A stretch of 62,708 bases of DNA, the filler included, from Dugesia japonica (lineage: Eukaryota), in the NCBI GenBank assembly GCA_001938525.1. It is 5 parts of 5 records of this genome, joined end to end, with 100 filler letters (N's around TTAATTAATTAA, not from the genome) between each part and the next. Parts side by side here need not be neighbours in the genome. Positions count along the whole stretch, not along the records: positions 45,398 to 62,708 come from MQRL01631589.1; 4 more parts are not named here. The stretch is one strand, 5' to 3'. Shown piece after piece: positions 53,861 to 62,708 of this stretch; the stretch's first letter is position 1, and the number at the start of each line of letters is the position of its first letter. Under the pieces are notes generated by a model that had not been told where the DNA came from, did not search any database, and worked only from the letters and a program-made list of their open reading frames with translations. Made by a program: the position numbers and the translations under genes.

Positions 53861-54110
53861 CTTCTAACACCATCCCAGCTAATAATGTGTCCAAGAAATT
53901 TGATTTCTCTTTGAAGAAACTGACACTTGTCCGTAATTAAACCAGACTTCATTATTTCCGCCAATACATTGTCAATTACTTCATAGTGTTGATCATTATT
54001 GTTCATAAATATCAGAATATCATCAAGATGTACAATGGCTTCATTAATTCTGCCTACCACTTTTGTTTTCATCTCCTGAAATGTTCTTAGTTCAGCTGCG
54101 ATACCAAGCC
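53861..54110 (-). pseudogene. Ty3/Gypsy RT core, upstream half of the split pol
   Basis: VHLDDILIF...KCQFLQREIKFLGHIISWDGVR. Confidence 0.92.
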
Positions 54111-54309
54111 ACGTGGATCACGCATCATGTTTTTGGTGACGTCTTGAAATAAGTCTTGATCAATGTTGACATTTAGTTTTTTTGATGAGATGACTTAATC
54201 AATTTGATATGATTTGAATCTCTCTATCAACCATATCCAAATGTGTGAACGTGTCAATTATCAATCAATCCGAATTATTTGAATAGTTTACCGAATTATT
54301 CAAATTTTA

Positions 54310-54780
54310 AAATTTTTGGATGATTTGCTCAGGAAATTCTTCGAGAAGGTTGATTTTTGTGTGATTTTAGGCAATTATTTCTTCGGGGTTGATCAGTTTG
54401 GGCAAACTTGGTCGGTTTTAGGTAATTTTTGAACGATTTGGTTAGGAATTTCCTCGGGGAGGTCGAATAAGGTTAATTTTTGATTGGTTCAGGGGAATTT
54501 GGTTGATTATTTCCTCGGGTTTGAGCAGTTTGGGCAAATTAGGCTGGTTTTAAGTAATTTTTGGGTGATTTGGTCCAATATTTCCTCGGGAATTGATGAT
54601 TTTTAGGTGATTTAAATAAAATTGGTTGAAAATTTCCTAAGATTTGGTTAATTTTTTGGGTGATTTGGTTGAAAGTTTCCTCGGGATTGGTAATATTTGG
54701 GTGATTTGGTTAATTATTTCCTCCAGATTGGTCATTTTGGGTGATTTGGTCAAATATTTCCTCAGGAATGGTTTACATGG
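54310..54780. repeat. Degenerate minisatellite (about 35-40 bp units)
   Basis: Repeated TTGGGTGATTTGGT...ATTTCCTCGGG. Confidence 0.85.
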
Positions 54781-55431
54781 TTAATTTTTTTTAAAATTTA
54801 CAGTTTTATTTATATATGTTTAGATATATTATTTATATTTATTTAGATATATATTTTAGATATATATTATTTATATGTTTAGATATATATTTATATAGAT
54901 TGTTGAAGATAAAAATCATATTTAAAGTGATACAATGCGATGATAATTTCATGTAATTTATTATTTAAAAAATAATAAATTGATACGATTACATGTTGAA
55001 AGTGTGATATGAATCAGAGATATATATAATTTAAGATTATTTGGAGTATAAAATCCTGTACTAAATAGAATGAAGTAAGCAGTGAAAGACAAATGAGAAA
55101 CCAATTTTTTAAATGAGCATAAATATTCCATAAACAAAATATTTTATTGATATTATTAATTTTGCAACCAGCAATAATGAAAGCGCGATTTTCAATATTT
55201 ATCGATGTAATTATTTTAGTAATAAAAGCTGCTGTTACACTTTCATCTAAAAAAACTTAGTAAAAACTACAAATTCGTAATCCCCGGGCACCTAGTATTA
55301 GTAATATGCGAAAGGATTTGGGTTTTTTGTATTAATAAATCAATTTCCAGCTTTTTGCAATCAAGTCGAATTTTGTTTAGATATCGTTGTAAATATTGTT
55401 TTATGATTGATTGTATTCAAAATCTCTAAAA

Positions 55432-55637
55432 TATAAGGATATGAAACCAAAAATCCTAATTGTCACAACGAATTAATTAAGTTCATTTAAAAAATTTTGC
55501 ATAGGAATATTAAAATATAATAGGTATATATGGACATGTCTGGATTCGAATGCAACGTTGAGTCAAAATTTCAAGGCAATCGGTGAATTATTTTTAGATT
55601 TTGAACAAACGAACATGTACACTTTTATTTATATAGA
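55432..55637 (-). mobile_element. Non-autonomous Helitron-like 5' end (second copy at 55851-56056)
   Basis: Minus strand reads A|TCTATATAAATAAAAGTG...CCGATTGCCTTGAAATTTTG, typical of non-autonomous Helitron 5' ends. Confidence 0.6.
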
Positions 55638-56556
55638 TAATATTATGACAATAATAGTTATAAAAATATTATTATTAATAATATAATAATAATATTATTA
55701 TTAATATAATAATAATATATATAATAATATTATTATTAATATAATAATAATATATATAATTTTATTATTAATATAATAATAATATATATATATATATATA
55801 NNNNNNNNNNNNNNNNNNNNNNNNNNNNNNNNNNNNNNNNNNNNNNNNNNTATAAGGATATGAAACCAAAAATCCTAATTGTCACAACGAATTAATTAAG
55901 TTCATTTAAAAAATTTTGCATAGGCATATTAAAATATAATAGGTATATATGGACATGTCTGGATTCGAATGCAACGTTGAGTCAAAATTTCAATGCAATC
56001 GGTGAATTATTTTTAGATTTTGAATAAACGAACATTTACACTTTTATTTATATAGATAATATTATGACAATTATAGTTATAAAAATATTATTATTAATAA
56101 TATAATAATAATAATATATATAATAATATTATTATTAATATAATAATAATATATGTAATATTATTATTATTATTAATATAATAATATATATAATAATAAT
56201 ATATAATATTATAATAAAATATAATAAGATTATGAAAATAGTATGTATTATAATAATAATAATAATTATTTTTAGCAAATCGATTTTAATAATCAATAAT
56301 ATTATTGTACAAAACCTAATTCCGTCTCTTTGTACATAATAAATAAATATTACTTTCTATAGGCTTTCATAATTTGCGAACAATTTAATAAACTCAGAAA
56401 ACTGTAAATATCGGTAACACACACCTGAGTTAAGCACATATGTAGGTTGTTGAACAATTGATTTATATTTTAACAGCGTCAATATGTTTAATATTATTCA
56501 CTGTTCTATTAAATAACAAAGTTTACTTTTTCTAAATTTATTTGAATAAGTGTCAA

Positions 56557-58011
56557 ATGGTTGATTCGAAATATGAAACATTTGAAGATGAAAGTGATGC
56601 TAACAGTTATTCGGATTATTTTAAGTGCGAAAATAAATTGAACAAAATCCATCCAAAATATACTATTTCAATTTGCTGTGCAACTTGGGGATTTTTAACT
56701 GGTGTTGAAAGAGCCATTATTTTACCGACTCTCTGGTTATACTTTGTCACTAGGTTTGGTAGTCAAGCAGCAGCATCATATTATGGTGCAACTTTAGCTG
56801 CATTTAATTTATCAGTATTCATATTTGCTCCTTTATATGGATTTTTGGCGTATAAAGGTTTCAGAACAAAAGCTTTATTGGTGGTCAGCAATCAGCTAGA
56901 AGTTGTTGGAAACATAATTTACTTTGTTGCTTCAGAACCTTGGTTGGTTATGTTGGGAAGGTTTATTGCTGGAATAGGGTCTGGAAGTGAAGTTCCTTTA
57001 TACGCTGATGTAGTTCGTGTAACAAATCCTGAAGAACGAACTCCTTATATTGTAATTCTGTTACTCGCCAGACAAGTTGGATTAATAATTGGACCAGCAG
57101 CAACTTTGATTTTGCATCCAATAAAATTTCAAATTGGTTCAGTTTCCTTAAACATTTATAATAGCCCAGGATTCCTCATGGCAATATTATGGTGTGTTCA
57201 AACAGTTCATGTGCTTATTAGCTATCCCGACGTTGATAAATCAGGAGCATTATTGAAAAGTGGATCACAAGGAAAGAAAATAAATGAAATGATAATACAT
57301 AAAATATATGAAAAAAATATTGAACCAGATATGTCTAGTCGAAGGAATTCTGAGTTATGTCAAGAATCGAATAAACCAAAACCAACATTTTTTGACAAAT
57401 CAAAAAAAGCTATTAATAAATTTTCGAACTATGCTTATTATAATACATTGTCGCTTTTAGCAATTGTATTCAGTTCATATTTTTCTTTAATAAGTTTAGA
57501 AGCTGTATTACCTCCTGTGACCGTTAGATATTTTCAGTGGAATGAAGTCCACAACAGCTATGTGTATTTAGCAGCAGGGATTTTGGTAATTATTATTTAC
57601 GGAATTTTACAATCAGTATCTCGTCATATTAAAGATAGAACAGTACTTTTAATTGGGTTAATATGTTTAATCATTTCATATGCCTCGATTTCCTTCACTC
57701 TTGGTTTCATTAATTCCGAAGAAAAGATGCTTTACATTGTATTATTATCTTGCGAAATCTTTCTTCATATATTTGGTTTATCGTTGGTTATTGCTTGTGG
57801 TGAATCATTATTTACTAAATCTCTTCCACCAGAAGAAATGGATTTGGCACAAACTGTATTAAGAAGCACTATAAATTTTTCTCTTTTAATTGGACCGTTT
57901 ATCGCTGGATCACTTCAGATTTATCCGTACTTGGTTTTTATTATTTTATTTTTATTAATGTCATTTTCTTTACAATTTTTGGTTTTGAGATATAATTTAT
58001 TTAACATTTAA
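56557..58011 (+). CDS. Major facilitator superfamily transporter, MFSD8/CLN7-like; single coding exon, 484 aa from the first ATG
   Basis: Intact ORF with about 12 hydrophobic segments in two bundles around a hydrophilic loop. Motifs IILPTLWLY, GRFIAGIG, GLIIGPA and IYNSPGFLMAILW resemble the MFSD8 family. AATAAA overlaps the stop. Orthology is not established, so no symbol is given. Confidence 0.92.
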   Translation: MVDSKYETFEDESDANSYSDYFKCENKLNKIHPKYTISICCATWGFLTGVERAIILPTLWLYFVTRFGSQAAASYYGATLAAFNLSVFIFAPLYGFLAYKGFRTKALLVVSNQLEVVGNIIYFVASEPWLVMLGRFIAGIGSGSEVPLYADVVRVTNPEERTPYIVILLLARQVGLIIGPAATLILHPIKFQIGSVSLNIYNSPGFLMAILWCVQTVHVLISYPDVDKSGALLKSGSQGKKINEMIIHKIYEKNIEPDMSSRRNSELCQESNKPKPTFFDKSKKAINKFSNYAYYNTLSLLAIVFSSYFSLISLEAVLPPVTVRYFQWNEVHNSYVYLAAGILVIIIYGILQSVSRHIKDRTVLLIGLICLIISYASISFTLGFINSEEKMLYIVLLSCEIFLHIFGLSLVIACGESLFTKSLPPEEMDLAQTVLRSTINFSLLIGPFIAGSLQIYPYLVFIILFLLMSFSLQFLVLRYNLFNI

Positions 58012-58800
58012 TAAACATTGTGATTTTAAAGTAGCAATCATTTAGCAGTACATGTGTACATACTGATTTGCAATTATTTATTTTAAATAAATAAAAATCA
58101 TTCTTGATATTAAATTAATTAAATAAGACATTAATTTGAAAACTTTATTTAAGATCAATAAATAGAAAATCAAAATAGTGATGCTAATAAATTAAATTGA
58201 TGTATCGATTGTGACAGTTTTGATGAATATTACAGAAATTTTATGTGTGGTAATAGCATTATCCACCAACTTGGTTAAAACAGTTTGATTTTAACTAGAA
58301 ATTGATTTAGTCTAGTATAATTACATGTAAAATTTGTTTTCTCAAAGGATTCACAATAAGAAATTAAAAACTTCATATTTACAATTAATTCTACTTTAAA
58401 TTTTAAGAAAAGCTTACGAGTAAATTTTTAATTGTAATGTGCAAATTTCAAAATTTCATGACGAGAATAAATTAAAATTCTCGAGAATATTCGAATATAG
58501 ATATATTTATAGATATATTTAAATTAATATTTTTCGTATTGTAAAAATAAATGAAATAATTGTAATTATTATTCTAAAAATGGAACTGATAACAAATTTG
58601 TTAATATTAAAATCTTAAGAACATAATTAAAAAATTTCATGACACAAAAATTTAAAAAAGGAATTTTAATACAAATGAAAGCCAAGAAAACGTGAGCAAT
58701 AAAACAACAAAATACATTTTAAAAAGTTTCTCAAAAAACTTGTCAAACATTTGAAAATCATTATTAGTAAATTTTAAAATATCAATATATTTGAATATGT

Positions 58801-58925
58801 TTTACAATTGCAATTATTGCGAGAATAATTGTTGGACATAACACTTTATCGTTTTACAGAATTCATTTAAAATAAAAGCTTCGATAAAAATTTTTTGTTT
58901 TATTTTTATTGATATTTGATAAAAC
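58801..58925 (+). repeat. Copy of the dispersed MITE-like repeat seen at 11702
   Basis: TTTACAATTGCAATTATTGCGAGAATAATT.TTGGACATAAC...ATTCATTTAAAATAAAAGCTT is near-identical. Confidence 0.9.
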
Positions 58926-59433
58926 AAAAAAATTGACTTTTTTTCAGACCACATTCAGTCTTGTCATCTGTTATCAAACGTGACTGGACAAAAAATTCAG
59001 AAAAAATAAAATAAATAAAAAATTAATGTTAATAAATTCCTTGAAAATATAAATCCAAAGTAGATCTCATGGCCATAAAATTCTGAGATTCTAATTTCAA
59101 CAAGAAAAATTGATTTGATTGATAATCAAATTTATGTTTTGTTTTATTTCAAATGTAGTTTGTAGCTTGGAGGCAAATATACAAGTATTCCTTACAGATT
59201 CACAAAAATTTGAAATCAACTTCAATTTCAAAAATTCATTTTTTAAAATATTTGCGAATAATTTTTTATTAAAAATTTAATAAACTTAATTTACTTTAAA
59301 AACTTAATATCTCGCCTTGATGCGAGAGAACATTTCTTCGATTTGATTAAATTTCAGTAATGTGTAAATGCTTCCTTTAATGTTTCTTGAATTACTATCT
59401 TGCTGAATGTTGAAAAAAATAAACCGTTATGAG

Positions 59434-60088
59434 CATGGGCGTCCACAGGGAGGAGCAAGGGGGAACATTTGCCTAACCAATTTTGGTAATATTTTACAAC
59501 AATAATATTTTTTGATTGTTAAATGATTAATATAACATGACGTCATGGTTACTATTTATGTAAAAGCGTCAATTTATTTACGTTGTCTGGCTAATTTTAT
59601 AATATATATAAAGTAATTAAAAGCGAAAGTAAACAATCCGGTGTGGCTATGGGTAAAACTTAAAGAAGAGGATTTGCTGTAATAAAATTTTAAATTTTAA
59701 AATTCTTAATATAAATTTCANNNNNNNNNNNNNNNNNNNNNNNNNNNNNNNNNNNNNNNNNNNNNNNNNNNNNNNNNNNNNNNNNNNNNNNNNNNNNNNN
59801 TTTAGATGGATATTCAAAATTTCTTGAAAAGACAAAAATTAAGCGATAATACAGAGACTACAGTCATAGAGTCCACGCAGCTCAATTATACAAGCGCTAG
59901 CAGTAGTAGAACTACAGCCATAACGCTAGAATCAAGTTCTACACAACACTCCAAACACCGCTGGGAGAGCTTACGACGCTCCCTGTGCATACCCACTAAT
60001 CACCAGGGTGCCGAGGCAGCCTCGTTTGTCTCCGTCCCAACAACTTAAACCTTTGCTCCCCCTAAAAAAAATTCTGCGGACGCCCATG
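59434..60088 (+). mobile_element. Non-autonomous hAT element with TIRs and 8-bp TSD
   Basis: TIR CATGGGCGTCC(A/G)CAG at both ends. TSD GTTATGAG / GTTAAGAG (one mismatch). Internal MDIQNFLKRQK resembles a transposase N-terminus. Confidence 0.9.
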
Positions 60089-61323
60089 GTTAAGAGACCA
60101 CTGATAGTTGAATAATTTGAAATTACGATTATGCCGATTTTAACGAACAACACATTTCTTTTACAATTGGTAGAAACTAATTATGTGGAATTTATTTTTT
60201 CAAGGAATATCCATAGTTATTCATTATATGCAAATTAAAACCACATTCATCCAAAAATCAATCTCTCATTATCAATAAACATTGTTTCCCCTGTATAAAC
60301 TTGTCCTGCACTAATAATTCTTGGTAATACAGTGATATATTTAACGCACTTTTAGGCATTTAGATCTTTTGCTAGTGACACCCAAAGATATTAAGTGGTA
60401 CAAAATACTTGGATAAAGAGTCATTTCACATTATTCAAGCATTTTAATGATACCATCTTGTATTAAGAAGCAATCATTTTGAATTGTTACAGCCGGTGTT
60501 TATTACATTGTAGCTGTATATAATTTCAGACTAGTGGCTTTGATTAAATAAAATAAAGGAATGCTAACCTCTTTGCATCATGGATTCATTGAACAATATC
60601 ATAGATGCAAGGAACTAAGTACCCCAGTAATTTTTCAATCAGTTTTCAGAAACAGAATTAATGGTTTCAATGTTAATCACATAAAATTTAATCGGATATA
60701 TTTTTAAGTAATTTTACCATTTCTTTATTAGCGACATTGGATTATCTGTAATCATGCGATTGATATGTGGAATTGTAATTTTTAGAATAAAAGTCTTTTG
60801 CACAATAAAACGTGAATTTAAAGTAGCCTTTACATTTTTAATTAAAAATTGGGTTTCACGTGACTCCAAAGTATATTTATTGAAATTAACGAATAACCCT
60901 GTTATTATATAATTTATTGAAGTTTTTTAAGCGTTTTGCTTTTTAACACTATAACTTAAATATTTTAATCAACTATAGCTTATAGATCGTCGTATTCAAA
61001 CTCATTTCGGTTACGGAACGAAATTTAGAAACTCATTTCTGACACACGTTATATTTACGCATAATCCCCCATTGACATGGTAAATTTTTATAGGCATCCG
61101 GGGCTTGCTTACCTTTTTTAAAATAATACACAAAATATGTCTAAAATGTATATTTTTGTCTTCCATATTTATAATTAAACTGTTCGCTAAATAACAGTAT
61201 TATTTAAAGAAAAAGTGGTTTATATATATTTTATACAATATAAATTTGCTTTGCGCTTAAAATTAATAAATTTTTTAACAATAAAAAATTAATTATAAAA
61301 ACGGAACGAACTTATTTCCTAAC

Positions 61324-61497
61324 CCAATATGTATTCCGATTAATATTACTTGATACCATCGACTTTATTCTTAAATTTATCCGTTTTGATCACTATATAT
61401 ACATATAAACATTTATATGTATATATAGTGATCAAAACGGATAAATTTAAGAATAAAGTCAATGGTATCAAGTAATATTAATCGGAATACATATTGG
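61324..61497. repeat. Near-perfect 174-bp palindrome
   Basis: 86-bp arms, 2-nt loop and one mismatch. Confidence 0.95.
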
Positions 61498-61510
61498 AAC
61501 ACACATACAC

Positions 61511-61541
<31 letters not shown>

Positions 61542-62039
61542 GCAGATCGATAGTGGTGCATGGTACCAAGCCCCTCCTGGGCCTGAAATATACTGGGCTG
61601 AACTTTGACCTCGTTCCGTATACTTGCTTGTGTTTGGTCGAGAGCTTGTTACTATTTATAAGTGGTACCGTATACTTGATTATGATTGGTTAAAATTTGT
61701 ATATAAAAATACATGCGCGCGTAATTCAAATTTTGATAATGATTTTCCGCGGCAATACTTCATTGTACAGGTATTACCATGGTATGGTTGGATGCGTAAT
61801 GACACGACGGTTCTCATGGTGATATAATCAGTTGAATCAAACATGACTGTGAAAACTTATTAAGTATCTAAGAATAAAAATTGGCCAATTGTTTAAAATA
61901 GAAAAACTCCGAAAATCTTTCACCTATTACCTTGAATTTTTGATGGATTGCTTCTCTCATGGACAATTGTATGTTGTGTGTTGTATGTAATTGTATGTAA
62001 TCTTTGTAAAATTACACCAACTTCTATGCCATTTTTGAA

Positions 62040-62630
62040 ATTTTTACCCATTGGTTTTCTATGTAAAGACCCATTGGGTTTATTGTGTGTATAATATTCA
62101 TTGATTTTCTGTGTATAATACCCATGGGTTTCATGGGTGTATTAGACTCTATTAGATTTAATGCTTGTGTATTATATGTGATTGTGTTTATTTTATATCT
62201 CTTGAGGTTAAATGGGTATGTATTTAGTGACTTATAGGATTTATTATATATATAATATGGTTCTATTTAGGGTATTTGTGTGTATTATATTTCATTATTG
62301 AGTTAATGATGTGCATTATTTTAATATATTGAGTTAATTCTGTGTATTATAAGACCCTGTTTTAGTTTATTATATGTATTTAGTGACTTTATAGGAATTA
62401 TTATATATTCTTTATGGTTTATTGGGCTTATTATGTGTATTATATGTCTCTATTAGGTTTATAATGTGTATTATATAACTCTATATGATTTAATGATTAA
62501 GACCCATTGGTTTTCTGCGTATAAGAATTAGGTTATTTATTTATAATTTAAATAACTTTATTGTGGTATTTTATTGTATAGTATATGACTATATTGAGTT
62601 TTTTGTGTGTATAATTATGTGTATAATTGA
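62040..62630. repeat. Degenerate tandem repeat (TGTGTATTATA / GACCCATTGG motifs)
   Basis: Motifs visibly recur. Confidence 0.7.
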
Positions 62631-62708
62631 GTTTATTGCGAGAATAATTATTGGGCATGACCATTGATCGTTTTACAGAATTCATTTAAAATAAAAGCTT
62701 CGATCAAA

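Noticed and set aside
60100-60800. Possible decayed minus-strand coding region (similar impression at 42000-42700)
   Set aside because: Too many stops and no identifiable motif.

Overview
Very AT-rich, gap-ridden eukaryotic draft sequence. The (AAT)n tracts and the mix of Penelope, Polinton and giant-LTR remnants suggest a planarian-like flatworm, which is inference only. It is made of several pieces joined by N-TTAATTAATTAA-N linkers, so order across those linkers is unverified. One clear host gene is present: an intronless MFSD8/CLN7-like MFS transporter (56557-58011). The rest is mostly decayed mobile DNA: Ty3/Gypsy, BEL/Pao, Penelope, hAT (three with 8-bp TSDs), piggyBac, pogo/Tigger, Helitron and two head-to-head Polinton/Maverick-type protein-primed PolB pseudogenes with AGTAG-type termini. 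The most unusual object is a precisely bounded 4198-bp insertion (49663-53860; TGTTGGGG...CCCCAACA, 4-bp TSD CTTC). It splits a Gypsy RT reading frame, has no recognisable gag/pol/transposase, and carries a tandem array of orphan ORFs, each opening at its own splice acceptor (four of five in phase 1). It is best read as a giant solo LTR holding an alternatively spliced accessory-gene cassette. A second, diverged cassette with the same layout lies at about 39.7-41.97 kb.
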